A DNA stretch of 63,930 nt, filler included, from Aduncisulcus paluster (lineage: Eukaryota): the NCBI GenBank assembly GCA_024181965.1. It is 9 parts of 9 records of this genome, joined end to end, with 100 filler letters (N's around TTAATTAATTAA, not from the genome) between each part and the next. Parts side by side here need not be neighbours in the genome. Positions count along the whole stretch, not along the records: positions 1 to 10,071 come from BQXS01011728.1; positions 10,172 to 14,530 come from BQXS01011729.1; 7 more parts are not named here. One strand, written 5' to 3'. The position numbers were made by a program, and so were the translations under genes. The notes beneath the pieces are model-generated. The model was not told the DNA's origin. It worked only from the letters and a program-made list of their open reading frames with translations, and did not search any database. This document shows positions 1-12,266 of the stretch, one piece after another; the first letter of the stretch is position 1, and each line of letters starts with the position of its first letter.

Positions 1-2
1 GC

Positions 3-1202
3 AGCCATAGAGCCGGAGAGAGTATGGAGAAATGTTTTAATGAACGTCTGAGGCTTTATTATGGCATTAGATATGACGAAAGGGCCAATTTATATGATTG
101 GGATTATCAAATGAAATGGAAAGAACGTGGAGTTGGTCGGTCCTCAACAGAAATGGTCAAAATACTTGAAGATCACGATTCTTGTTCAGATTCTCAAGAT
201 AATGAGTTGGTCTCCTCTCCTTATTCGCCATTGTTGAGTCCAGATGAACAGATATTATTGGAGCAATGTGATGAGAAAAAGGCTCCATTACCAACAGAGA
301 TGTGGGGTCATCCTGTGTTGTATAATGAATTCAGAGAAAAAGGGATCAGTTTCCAAGCACACCATTTGCAAATTGAATCTTTGAAAGGATTTTCGACTTC
401 ATCTTCACCTAAAGATAAGAAAGAGTCAGATTCGGATGACGTTAGACCCTTAATCAAGCCACAGCCGGCACTCGCAGCCGATATTACGGCTCCAACCTGT
501 GAGAATCATACCCTAAAATATCTTCAAGGGGACATGCGTCCAGGGTCAAGAAAAGTCGATCTATTTTTAGGTGAGCTTCTTGTTGGTCCATTTTTAAGTT
601 TTGGGTTTGCACCTTTTCCGTCTCTTTCTCCCGCTTTGCTAAGGAAATTATATAAAAAGAAAGTTGTTGATGGGCCGACTCCACGATTGCTATGCACATG
701 GTATGATATTGGGGTTGCTAATCTCTCAGATGTTTTGAGAAAAATGCACAATCTTCTAAAAATATCTGAATCATCTTCGGCTTCAACCGGCACATCTACC
801 GGCCATGTTGATGAGTCTGTCTATTGCTCTGATGGTTCAGTTCATAAAAAACACAAAGGTATTGGCTTTTCCTTTGTTCCTTATTCTGGGAGGATCATTG
901 ATATGTTGAAGGTGAGTGGGTTCAAGGATAAATTCGATGTTATTGTGACTCCAGCCACCACTCCTGATTGTATTTCAAAGGAATTTATCATGAGTTGCAC
1001 CAAAAGAGATGCCTCATTCGTGTCTGAAACGGGAAGATTTTTATTTGAACTGTCCAATGAGTTATTACAACGTTTTACCAAACTTAATATCGAGAAAATG
1101 GAAGAAAATGGATGTTATTTGGATAAAAAGGCTAAAGAAAACCTCCTTAAATGTACAATTCCACCATCTCATATCATATATCATAGAGCAGTAAAACCTT
1201 GA
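3..1202 (+). CDS. DNAAF3: Dynein axonemal assembly factor 3 (PF22), 5'-truncated by the window edge
   Basis: The motifs RLRLYYGIRYDERANLYDWDYQMK, GELLVGPFLSFG and ETGRFLFELSNELLQRF match the conserved DNAAF3 blocks (RYD..DWD..MK; GDI..GPF..FG). The frame is open back to position 3. Confidence 0.8.
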   Translation, partial: SHRAGESMEKCFNERLRLYYGIRYDERANLYDWDYQMKWKERGVGRSSTEMVKILEDHDSCSDSQDNELVSSPYSPLLSPDEQILLEQCDEKKAPLPTEMWGHPVLYNEFREKGISFQAHHLQIESLKGFSTSSSPKDKKESDSDDVRPLIKPQPALAADITAPTCENHTLKYLQGDMRPGSRKVDLFLGELLVGPFLSFGFAPFPSLSPALLRKLYKKKVVDGPTPRLLCTWYDIGVANLSDVLRKMHNLLKISESSSASTGTSTGHVDESVYCSDGSVHKKHKGIGFSFVPYSGRIIDMLKVSGFKDKFDVIVTPATTPDCISKEFIMSCTKRDASFVSETGRFLFELSNELLQRFTKLNIEKMEENGCYLDKKAKENLLKCTIPPSHIIYHRAVKP

Positions 1203-1330
1203 TTGTCAAAAACAACATAATTCATATAACTGGAATATATATGATATTTTATATAGATATACTGTTAATATATAATTGATCGATCACACTTCAAGCCTTG
1301 ATAACTGAGTTAGATCGTATTTCATTCTTT

Positions 1331-1900
1331 CTATTTTCGAATACAATTTCTCACCAAAAATTCATCTTCTTCATCCAATTCTTCTCTTAATTGATTATAG
1401 ATCGCTCTTTTTCTTTTCATTTTCCGCCATAAAGATGAAATTTGTGAATGAGATTTTTTCTTATCTGATAGATATCTCAGATCTCCAACTAATCGACTGG
1501 ATCGACACAAGTATTTGCTAATAATATCAGCTTTTTTTGAAGCAGGAGAATAAATTCGGCCAGATGAACAATAATATCGAAGGTACTCTTCGTCAACATG
1601 CTCAGCCACGATGGAAAGAGTGCAAGTCGAACTACATTTCTTAACACAAAGTAAAGGCTCTGGTGTTAGTCTAGGTGGAGAAATATCAGGAAGGGCAATG
1701 TCAGAATTCTTGAATGATCTCGATTTTCTTCGAGAACTTGTTGTTTTCTTAAATGCACAATGATCCATGGGGAGTATTGGAACTGTTTTGCTGTACGATA
1801 TTTTTTTGGGCGATTTGTCACCATAAAATCGCATAGGCTGTGGAAATTGTTGAATTCTTAAAAGATTAGACTCAGAAAAAGGGGAGAATGGAGATTCCAT
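1331..1900 (-). CDS. Hypothetical basic protein, about 190 aa; start uncertain
   Basis: The ORF ends in TAG at 1331. The first ATG (MESPF) is at 1900, whereas the track start is a TTG. No family recognised. Confidence 0.55.
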   Translation of the reverse strand: MESPFSPFSESNLLRIQQFPQPMRFYGDKSPKKISYSKTVPILPMDHCAFKKTTSSRRKSRSFKNSDIALPDISPPRLTPEPLLCVKKCSSTCTLSIVAEHVDEEYLRYYCSSGRIYSPASKKADIISKYLCRSSRLVGDLRYLSDKKKSHSQISSLWRKMKRKRAIYNQLREELDEEDEFLVRNCIRK

Positions 1901-2256
1901 TGTAAGACACAGTAAGAGAATTAGACAAGACAATCATACTTATTATCACCNNNNNNNNNNNNNNNNNNNNGTTAGTCTAGGTGGAGAAATATCAGGAAGG
2001 GCAATGTCAGAATTCTTGAATGATCTCGATTTTCTTCGAGAACTTGTTGTTTTCTTAAATGCACAATGATCCATGGGGAGTATTGGAACTGTTTTGCTGT
2101 ACGATATTTTTTTGGGCGATTTGTCACCATAAAATCGCATAGGCTGTGGAAATTGTTGAATTCTTAAAAGATTAGACTCAGAAAAAGGGGAGAATGGAGA
2201 TTCCATTGTAAGACACAGTAAGAGAATTAGACAAGACAATCATACTTATTATCACC
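1665..2256. repeat. Gap-flanking duplication, 1665-1950 = 1971-2256 (unmerged assembly overlap)
   Basis: An apparently identical 286-nt block lies on both sides of the 20-N gap at 1951-1970. Confidence 0.9.
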
Positions 2257-2750
2257 AAAGAATATTAATGTTATATCCGTATTTGCAGGCAATGGATCCT
2301 CCTGATCCTTCGTAAGACGATGAGATTCGTTACATCATATGCATCTTTCGCACATTCAAAACTTCTAATAGATGATAAATAAATCAAAAATAATAAGAAA
2401 AATATAATTTATAAAATGCGACAGATCATAGAATTATCCCAAAAGAAGGATTTCCAGAAATTGTTATTATCTTAGAATTATAATGATAGAGATTAGAATT
2501 AATAATGTATTGAATGATCACAAGAAACGATAGAATGCAATTTATTTTTCGTTGAAAAGATAACTGAGTTATAGAGTTATCATCACTGCCACTGGCAGTT
2601 ATCAATGATAAAATGATCATTAGCAAGGTCAGTGACTGAGTGGAGGCCAATTGGGTTCATCGTCGACAATTATGCCATACTACTAAGTGGGTACTATGAA
2701 ACGTAAACCAAGTGGGAGAATCTATGAATAATATTATTCATAAATAATAC

Positions 2751-4284
2751 CTATTTTTTCTCCTTTTCCAAGCTCCTCTGATACATAAGTCTGAGAAACT
2801 GTGCTTGACGTGGATTGAGAGTATTTCCGCAATAAACTTTAATAGGACAGTGAAAACAACACATTCGAAGAATTGTCCGACTTTTATAGCAAGGACAATG
2901 TGAAATATCTATCTTTTCAAGGTTTGGACACCGCTTCACGATCTTTTCCACCTCAGATTCGTCTTGAATATCATTGAAAGATAAATCAATTTCTCTCAAC
3001 TCTGGAAACAATAAATTCTCATAAAACTTCTCCAATCTCGGTGAGGGTGCAAGAGATATTGTTTTAATTGCGCATTTTTTCAAGTCGAGAACACGAAGAC
3101 GAATCGACACAGAAAATATCGAACACATATAGAAAGTGGTATACAAATGCATATGTGACGTCTTCGGCCGTTTGTGTTTGGGAATGAACAGTGTCTTTGA
3201 GCTTGGGGAATCGAATAGAGAGGGAGCCACAGGAGCATGTGATGATCCGTGATAATAGGACACCTTCATTTCCATTCGTTCCACCTTGATCACAGGTCGT
3301 CTATCTCTTGTTGTCTTGTCATGCTTTGGTGATCCTTCTATTTTGTCCCCTGAACGCAATGGTTGAGTCTCAAACAAACGCTGAGAAGAGAGAGATGATG
3401 AAGTTACTCGCATTTCTTTGGATACATCACCTTGCTCGATTGACCCACTTAGAGGGGATTTAATGGGACTAGGATTCATATCAATATCATCTACGGGGAG
3501 GTCTTTGGATGTGGGTTGTGGAGAGGCCTGTTTTTCGTCTGGAGTAGAAATAGGAGAGTCAGCCAATGTCCGTTTTTCTTCAAGCTCCGAGTCTACGCCA
3601 AGGGAAGTCTTGGATGTACTTGGAGAAGAAGTTTGGGACGAATATTCAACGGAATTATCAACATCTTGTACACCGAGTCGAAGGATTGATAAATTCGGGA
3701 ACATAGGAAGAAACGGCATGACAATATAGGATTTCCCTTCTTCCTCTGACTTTTGGACCTTTTTATCTTCAATTTGACCCCATATATGCATTTCTTTGAG
3801 AATATCTATTGAATTATGGGAAATATCAATTGTTGATAAATAGGGAGTATCTAATAAAAATAATAGTGCAGATGATTTAATTTTGTTACTACTAATAATA
3901 AATTCTTGTAATTTCATCAATTTCAATTTTGGATAGAGAGATAAGTCTGAATGCCTGTCAGGACAAGGAATACCATCAATAAATGAAATTCTATTCTCTC
4001 TCAATTGAAATGTCAACAAATTAGGGAAAGTTTTAGAAAAATCTCGAAATGAAATATCTTTAATTCCATATCTATCAAGAAAAGCGTGAGATATCCGACT
4101 AGCAAGAAGATCATCTTCATCTGGCGTATCATGTAGCACTCTTCTATTCTTTTTTAAGACAATACTGATCTGAAAAAGTCATATTAAAACATAAATGAGC
4201 AAATTATCAAATAATGCAAATCTTTTCAGAAAAAGTTAAAAATACAATGGTAAAACATACAGGTGATAGTTTTTTTCTTTCCAT
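2751..4284 (-). CDS. Leucine-rich repeat protein (SDS22-like repeats), 2 exons: 4284-4261 and 4169-2751
   Basis: Repeated LxxLxLxxNxI motifs (LLTFQLRENRI, LSTIDISHNSI, LREIDLSFNDI). An upstream ATG exon MERKKLSP splices in frame. Confidence 0.8.
4170..4260 (-). other. Spliceosomal intron, 91 nt, phase 0
   Basis: GTATGT donor, T-rich body and TTTTTCAG acceptor. Removal gives an ATG-initiated continuous frame. Confidence 0.85.
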
Positions 4285-4545
4285 TATTTTAAATTAGTTT
4301 CTTGTACAAATGATTTCGTACATTACGGAGGGAAATTGCGAAAAAGAAAATTGTTGCGAGAAAAACTTTCTATAAAAGCAAAATTTACTCATTGATGCCA
4401 AATATGATATTTGAAATATCAAAGAAAATAATATGAAAACATTATAGAGAGTGAATGAAAGAAAAGAAATGAATGGCAGACAAAACAACACAAAACTAAA
4501 AATCTACTACTATAAACTCTTATATTCAATTTAACTAAAAATCAT

Positions 4546-7500
4546 TCAGATCAAAGCAAGATCAGCCGCTTGTTTCCTCTGAATTTCCAGATAAGCGAAT
4601 TGAGAATAGGCCGCCAAACATTTTGTATCATTATCAGGCAAATGCTTGATTGGGATGGCAAATAGCAACAAAAGGGTATTGTCTCTTGCCTTTGTAAGCT
4701 TAAGATATACATTAAACAAGAAAATAATGACAAACGAAGTGAATAAGACAGCCAACACAATCACCACGATCACAATGATTTGCACAGCCGAGATCTTCGA
4801 CATGAACGACTCATCCACACTCTCTTGAAGCTTCAAAGCTCCCCCATACCCATCGATAGTGAGTGTATTATTGATTGTCGGGAAGAATAGGCTACTATGA
4901 GTTGCATGCGTGACATCATTTTCCTCGTCTAACAATCCTTCAGCTGAATCAACAATGTCTTGCAGCACGGAGAAGAAAGGAGAGTATGATGCAAGATTAC
5001 ACTGAGAGGAATCTACACGGTTGCAGCGAGAAGAGAAGAGAGAAGCGTGAATACCAGGAGATAGAGAAGTGAAGGCTTCGGAAGAATCTCCATTTTCTCC
5101 ATGTTCCATCACATCCATTACATCTTTCATGGTCTCAACAGAGTTTTGAAGCTGAATAAATGAGTCTTCACGGCGTTCTATGGCCCTATTCATGTTATAA
5201 GCTCCAACCTCTGCATGCACAAGACCCGAGCTAAAGGCATGGATTCGCGACAGGTTTCGAATCACAGAAAATGTTAGAGAAGAAGAAGAAGAAACCAAAC
5301 GAATTGATGGAACAAAAAGTCCAATAATAATTCCAGAGACGACAACGATAATCAACAAGGGAAGCAACCAAATCAGCCAATGAAAGACGAGTTCCTTGAA
5401 CAAATACCACATAGCAAATATTCGGTTCCTTGTTTTCAACATGGTTTCCTTCTTTTCTGTGTGGAATTTTCCAACCATTTGATCTGCACCAGCGATTGCC
5501 AATACTCTTTCCAATCCTTCGATGTTATCTTGCACATCATCGATCTTCCTTGCGCTGTCGCTTCTCTTTAAATTGTGAATGCTAGCACTCATATTACTGA
5601 CACTTGTCTCACTCATGCTTCCGAATCTACTATTACTACGCGCACTGAAAAAACTATCAATACTCATGGAATGGGAACCAAAAGATGACACGGACAACGC
5701 ACTTTGGAATCGTTCAGTTTCACCCTTTGAAACGATTGAGTGGGTGCCAGAGAACGTCGAATGACTACGGCCAAACTCGAACTGCCCCATACTCTCATGT
5801 GTACCACTCAGATCATCCGCAGGATCACGATCAGAGTGAAAAGGAGGGAGATTGCTGAAAAGATTTCGATCGCCCCGTGAAGAGGAGAAGGATTCAATCG
5901 CATCTACCACAGCTGGTGCACTCCCGCTTGAAGAGGATGAGCTTTCTGGGTCAAGGTCAGCACTATTATCACGTGGAGTCATCTTTCGGCTACGAGAGGA
6001 AGAGATGGCTTCGCTATAACTCCCATGAACTGGAATAATTTCAATGGATTCTGAGGAACGAGGAGACCCTGCCACGCTTGCAGATTCGTGATCTCTCTCC
6101 TTCTCCTCTCTTACAATCTCCATTTCCTTCGAGAGTCGTACGTGTGGCTTGAATATTCCTTCATTTACAAGAGAATCAGAAGACGTCGATATTTGAAACT
6201 TTGGATACACAGCTGAGCCATCTTTGTTGACAGGACTAAGCTGGCTGTCATCTTTCATCTCGAGAAGAAGTGGAGAAGGAGACTTGGGAGATATCTTCAT
6301 AAGTTTAACTCCACCAATGTACACATCAGACCCTGTAGACCTTGCAGATGAACCTCTGCGATGGTGTTGATCTGAGTGATGTGAAAGAGGAGGTTTGAGA
6401 CTCAAAGAATCAAACACAGAGTCTCCAATCTCTTTCTCATCGAGTGTATTTGCACGATCTCTTTGTTTGTATTCAACAGAAGCCCAACTATTTCTCCGCT
6501 TGGTCGATATACTGGGTGCTGAGAAATCAGCACGAGCGGACAAGGAAGTGGTCGAGTCATCTATGGGAGGAAGTAATTTCCTTCGAGCTGCCGCATTCAT
6601 TGATCCCGTTGTGCGTGAAAAAGGATCGCGGATATCAGATGTTATTTCACTTGAGTTGGATCTTGCCGACACATCCGGACTACGATTACTATGGGGAATA
6701 TCCAAGACAGGGATTTCAAAGGGAAGCAATTCCACTTCCTCCTCTTCTTCATCACGAGATTTGGAATGACCATCTTGAGACTCTGAGACAGATACAGGGC
6801 CAATATTGAAAATACCTTTGTCTTCACCTCCATCAAGTTCTCTGAAGAAATTCTGCCGACCTTTGTCTGTGTTATGTGATATCACCGAATACGTAGTTTT
6901 CCTGCCTTTCTTATCGCTAAACAATCCGTCACCCGCATCAGTTTGAGAAGACATACTATATTTCTCAAGGCTATACTCATTCTCATCCTCTTTGAGTGAA
7001 GAAGATCGAGATGAGAAGACCGGTTCAAGACGCATACTTTCCTCAAGTTCTGAAGGGGCTATAGAGTCATCAATTGAAGGTGACGACGCTTTAGAGCTTT
7101 CTGAAGAGTTTTCACCTTTCGAAGAGAACGAAGAGTTATTGCTGCTGATTAAGGAGATACTATCTTCGTCATGCAGAATCTGATGGGGACGATGCGTGTC
7201 TAAATATATACCATCTACTTTCTCATCTGATTGGTCCGAGGAAAGTTTACGTTTGGAACTTCTTGATTGCAAGAGCAGTCGATGACCAGAGTCGGACATG
7301 GAGGTTCTTTGCAATGAAGACTTGGAAGAGGACGACCGTTTAGACTCGTGCTTGGCTTGTTTGTCCCACTCCAATTCCAATTGTCTCTCTCGCTCCTGCT
7401 TCAAGCGTTCCTCTTCATCATGTTCCCTGGCGAGTTCTTCCCTTCGTTTATCAATTTCATGGTCAGGATTGAACACATTGCTCATTTCACTGAATTCCTT

Positions 7501-10071
7501 ATTCGTGAGATCTTCATGAATGCCAAGGCCGGCTGCTTCCCGTCTGAGCCGAGTCTTTTCTGTTTCCATTCTCTCTCTCATTTCTCTCAGGAATTGCGAA
7601 AGACCTTTCTTCTTCAATTTAGAGAGACGATTCAAAACCCTCGAATAAGCTCCTGGAGCAACTTGGAAGAATATAGAGTAATTGTGGAATAGTTTTTCTT
7701 TCACACGATAAGTCGAAAAACCAAAGCAGAAAATTGAGGAAATAATTGTACAAATGATAAAACCTAAAATTAGACCCAAAATCAATTTTGAGAATCTTTG
7801 GTGGTATGTATCCCAATCATCTGACAAGACCAGGAAAGATGAGTCAAGTGCCTGAGAGAGTGTGGGTAAATTGGAAAGCAGAGAATTCCACTCAGATAGT
7901 TGGACAAGAGGAAGTGTAATGTCATTTATATTAGAGATGACGTCAATGGTCGTAGGGGAAGAAGAAGAAGAAGGAATCTCAATCCCAGAGTTGATTGAGG
8001 CTGCAGATGGGAACTCCTCCTCGAGAGTGGTGAATAGTTGGCTGATCTCAGTGACAGCTCTAAATGGTGACCATTCAAAGGTTGAAATTGGAACGTGTTC
8101 ATCAGAGAGGGTGATTGCATTTGCATTATAGCAATACCGTGAGGATCCATATTCTTTGACAGAAGCTTCAGTGGGAATATATGAGATACCATGTTCATCG
8201 AGGAATGCTTGTCCGGCTTCTTCTGCCGTCTTTGACAGAAGCCATTCAGAATCGATCGGTATTGGCCGGTAAACGTCCTTCGACACACCCTGACTTCTTT
8301 TGTTTATATACTTTTGTGCGTGTGAATGCCCAGATTCTAGTTCAGGGGAAATCGATGGAAACAGAATAGTCCCAGACAAGTGTGTAGAGAAGGGGGGAGG
8401 TCCATGGAGGAACAAAGGTAGCATGGAAAGAGAAGGAGGGAGATGCATGAACAGCCAATCTTCATCCTTGTTTGGGATAACCATATGCTCATCATCTGAC
8501 GTTTGGAGATGATTTGCCAGNNNNNNNNNNNNNNNNNNNNGAATCGATCGGTATTGGCCGGTAAACGTCCTTCGACACACCCTGACTTCTTTTGTTTATA
8601 TACTTTTGTGCGTGTGAATGCCCAGATTCTAGTTCAGGGGAAATCGATGGAAACAGAATAGTCCCAGACAAGTGTGTAGAGAAGGGGGGAGTTCCATGGA
8701 GGAACAAAGGTAGCATGGAAAGAGAAGGAGGGAGATGCATGAACAGCCAATCTTCATCCTTGTTTGGGATAACCATATGCTCATCATCTGACGTTTGGAG
8801 ATGATTTGCCAGCACTGAAGAAGATCCTGTTGAGGAATCATCAGAGGCATCATCAAGGGTGAAATCAATGAATTGACTCTGACATACACTTGGAAATAAC
8901 ATGATCTTTGAAAATTCCTCGGGCACTTGAGCTCGAACAGAGAATGTTGCCTGAGAAGAATCTTCAGAGATAATAACACCCCTTGAAGAAACTAATTCAT
9001 TATTCAAACCGACATATTCGCTCGTTGTGTTTGTATTGAACACAGAGAAAAGATCATCAAAATAGGATGTGAGGCCTGCACAGTTACCTGATTCAAATGC
9101 AATGCATCCAATTCCTTCTCTAAGATACTCAACAAACGACTGAGAGGCATCAAAGGCCTTGGAGAAAGGAAGGGCGAGGATGGATGAATAGAATTCCCAA
9201 GCCACCATCTCTGTCGTTGACATATTGTACATAAGTTGCAATCGTTCTGCATAATTGGAAGTGTGTCCATGAATAAGACCCAAGAATACACAGCTGACAA
9301 CGGCACACATGATAAACCCGAGGATGGGCATGAGAAATCCAGCACACACAGTATTATAAGATTCGACACTATTCACAACACTGGCACCCTCGAGATTCAC
9401 ACTGGTGTCTTTCCTTTCAATCCAGGTATGGGCACGCTGTTCGATGGAATCTCCCTCAAGACTGAGGAGATATGAGAAGATCTTGTGAAAAGAAGGTGTG
9501 ATGGATATGAATTTTGCTTCTCCCTTTTCAAAGGCATTCATGCTCTCGACATATTCTTTGGCAACGAGGGAGGCATGTAACACTCTGTCAACATATATAC
9601 TATAGAGAAGAATAATGTCAGATGTGGCATTACCAAGAAGAGAAGCAAATATGGACTGAGTATTACCAATATCGACACTCACTTTCTGCAATCGTTCAAG
9701 GAAACCAGCAATCATCATAGCATTTGGGATAATATCAGGAGCTGGGCCCTGCATTGATAGCCGTCTCTTCTTTCTCAAACGACGAGTACATCCTCGGAGG
9801 AACAAAAGAAGTTTACCAATGTTTACAAGGGATTGATTTATACTCTTCTTGGCTCGCCGTGTCATGAGATTCACCTTCTTGTATGCCATATTACCAGCAT
9901 TGTCACTCTGTCTGGAATGAAGGGATAGTCGAACAATTGGGAAGACAATGTCTTTGCCAATATTTGTGACACGTTCACCTGCAAAACCACTGATTTGATC
10001 ATATTTCTTTAAGATAAAGGCAAGACGTTCAGGCCTGAAAGCATCTTCAAAACAGGCACGGAGACAGAGAA
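4546..10071 (-). CDS. TmcB/TmcC-like multi-pass membrane protein (over 1700 aa, 5'-truncated); one gene split by the gap duplication
   Basis: The frame is open from the contig end through 9889. ORFs 8492..9889 and 4546..8580 join after collapsing the 292-nt offset. It has a TPR-like IFASLLG..ILLYSIYVDRVLH block, paired TM helices around extracellular loops, and the terminal ARDNTLLLLFAIP typical of Tmc-like proteins. Confidence 0.6.
8249..8812. repeat. Gap-flanking duplication, 8249-8520 = 8541-8812
   Basis: The 272-nt copies differ at one site I found (8400 G vs 8692 T; GPP vs GTP). Confidence 0.9.
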
Positions 10072-10171
10072 NNNNNNNNNNNNNNNNNNNNNNNNNNNNN
10101 NNNNNNNNNNNNNNNTTAATTAATTAANNNNNNNNNNNNNNNNNNNNNNNNNNNNNNNNNNNNNNNNNNNN
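10072..10171. other. Artificial contig linker (also at 14531-14630, 17192-17291, 19596-19695, 28725-28824, 33294-33393, 45175-45274, 62261-62360)
   Basis: Each is a 100-nt N-run with a central TTAATTAATTAA, which gives stop codons in all six frames. Eight identical copies. Confidence 0.98.
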
Positions 10172-11374
10172 GATCGCCTATTAATATCTGTGATGGAGGA
10201 TTCAAACAGAAGGGTTGGTGATGATACGTTGAGTGATTCAAGTGATGTCAATCTCTCTCTACGAGTCATTAATCCCCATACCAGTGAAGGAATAAGGTCC
10301 ACCTATGAATTGGCATCATTGAGTTACGAAGGAAGTGTTTCGTATGGGACTCATAAGCTTAAGATACACAAATATCAAAGACAAAAACGACAGGGGACAA
10401 TTATCGAAACTTTGGATCTCTTGTTCGCCAAAACTGCTGAGTTTGTTTCTGCACGGTGTGTATCCTTCCATAACGATGAGATTCGAGATGCTTCACAACT
10501 GATGCTAGAAAGTCTGCAAAAATGCTCACCAGTGTCATGGCTTGTAGAAAGGATCCATAAGGATCTCGAAGCAAAACAACTTGAATTAAGGAGAAAAGCA
10601 AAGAAAAAAAATCGGTCATTGGGTCTTATTTCTGGATCAAAGGCTGTAAAATCATCTTCAAAACGAAAAGAAAAAGAAAAAGAAAAAGAAGTGACGCAAA
10701 TCTCTGAATATACTGAAACTAAAAAAATTTCTACAACAAATTCTACTACATTTAATGGAATTAAGATTCACGAATCGGGTACCATGGTTTTTTCTGTCAA
10801 AGAACAAGGATATGCTTTACTTGAGACCGTCCTTGTCACAAGATTATTTAGTACTGTTATCTTTAAAATATGTGAGAAAAATATGTTTTTTGTCCCCCGT
10901 TTACTATGTGATTTGTGTAAAAAAACGTCCGATATCTTGACATTTTCACCCCCTTCAAATGAGTATGTCGGGGTTCATATATGCTTGAGTGGAACTGTAT
11001 GTCCAGCTTTGTATAACTGTGTAAAGATTACAACCATGGGGATAATCGGTGATGGACTTTCTCATATCGACAAAAAGCTAATTTTAGAAGCATTGGAATG
11101 GCAACAGGAGCTCTTATATGTTTTGTGTTTGATATTCACTCTTGCAGAAAGAGAGATTCCTGATTTCAATATGGAACAAAGTCTGAAATTTAATCCAAAA
11201 TATGTTGAAACGTTAAAAAATATTATTCAAAGGAGAGATGGAATCCATTTTTGTGTGAAACAAGTGGCGATAAGAGCGGCTGATAAGATTGGAGCAAAAA
11301 TTAAGTCTTTATGTAAGAAAATTAAGAAATTACACCTTTCTATACTCCCAGATTTGAAATTAGTAGTTGGTTGA
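10172..11374 (+). CDS. Hypothetical protein, 5'-truncated, with weak RasGAP-like C-terminal region
   Basis: Long ORF from the contig start. VPRLLCDLCKK...HICLSGTVCPALYN loosely resembles the RasGAP P..LR.IC...FICPAI pattern but lacks FLR. Confidence 0.45.
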   Translation, partial: DRLLISVMEDSNRRVGDDTLSDSSDVNLSLRVINPHTSEGIRSTYELASLSYEGSVSYGTHKLKIHKYQRQKRQGTIIETLDLLFAKTAEFVSARCVSFHNDEIRDASQLMLESLQKCSPVSWLVERIHKDLEAKQLELRRKAKKKNRSLGLISGSKAVKSSSKRKEKEKEKEVTQISEYTETKKISTTNSTTFNGIKIHESGTMVFSVKEQGYALLETVLVTRLFSTVIFKICEKNMFFVPRLLCDLCKKTSDILTFSPPSNEYVGVHICLSGTVCPALYNCVKITTMGIIGDGLSHIDKKLILEALEWQQELLYVLCLIFTLAEREIPDFNMEQSLKFNPKYVETLKNIIQRRDGIHFCVKQVAIRAADKIGAKIKSLCKKIKKLHLSILPDLKLVVG

Positions 11375-11765
11375 ATTTTGAAATTTCTAAAAATAGAAAT
11401 TCTAAAAATAGAAATACATTCAAAGGAATCTGTCTTCGGTTTGATATTTGTTAAATTTTTTGAATATAATGCAATAAAAATATAAATTTAAGCAAATATA
11501 TGGTCAGAATATCAGTAGATTTCCAATCAACTTGGATCCGAATATTTTCAATATAATTAGGATCTAAAATATGTGAATAATAAATTTTTAGTGTCAATAT
11601 ATTGAAAATAATCAATAATTAGAATCAAAACATGACCCAAGAATTATTCTGTAGTTTTGATGCTAATATTCAGAATGAGAGCATAAATGAATAAGATTTA
11701 ATTTGAGTTGGAGTTTTCTAGGAGCATAAAACTCAAAAATAAATCTATAGTTGATATAGTTGTGG

Positions 11766-12044
11766 CAAAACTTTGTAAAACTTGAAAATAACCGCTTCCG
11801 ATTTGAAGATCAATAATAACCCACCCGAACATAATCATCATCCCACAGCAACCAATTTCAGTCCCACCCTAATGACCCGTCACAAACTTTCCTAATATAT
11901 ACTTTATTCCGCATTGGGTGATTTGGAACAATACGAACACCATAAATCTTTATTAGAATATGCTAATCACAATTGAATAAACCCCCCCGAGTCAAAACTT
12001 TGTAAAACTTGAAAATAACCGCTTCCGATTTGAAGATCAATAAT
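11766..12044. repeat. Perfect 52-bp direct repeat (11766-11817 and 11993-12044)
   Basis: CAAAACTTTGTAAAACTTGAAAATAACCGCTTCCGATTTGAAGATCAATAAT occurs twice with a 175-bp spacer and no gap nearby. Confidence 0.9.
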
Positions 12045-12266
12045 GCATTGACATGGAAAATATACAATAAATTACGATTAATATTACTATTTATCATTTT
12101 ATTTAGGGAAAGTTTGTTTTTCATACTCTAGATAATATGTCAATCCAAGACAATTTTAAAAATCAATTTTTCTTTTCGTTCTAGTGTATTAAATTAATAT
12201 TTTTATTCGTTAGTATGTCTTCGTTTTTGGAATTATTAACATGAATAATCTTTTGTTTTCATTTTA

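Noticed and set aside
1946..2239. Apparent tandem gene copies at the 20-N gaps (also 8492, 31090-31724, 55932)
   Set aside because: The duplicates sit exactly on both sides of the gaps, so they are unmerged overlaps.
10072..10171. Recurring TTAATTAATTAA as a biological repeat, and gene neighbourhoods across it
   Set aside because: It is an artificial linker embedded in Ns. Adjacency across linkers carries no meaning, and ORFs ending in XXXLIN are truncations.
11766..12044. CRISPR-like array
   Set aside because: Only two repeats of 52 bp with a 175-bp spacer, in a eukaryotic context with no cas genes.
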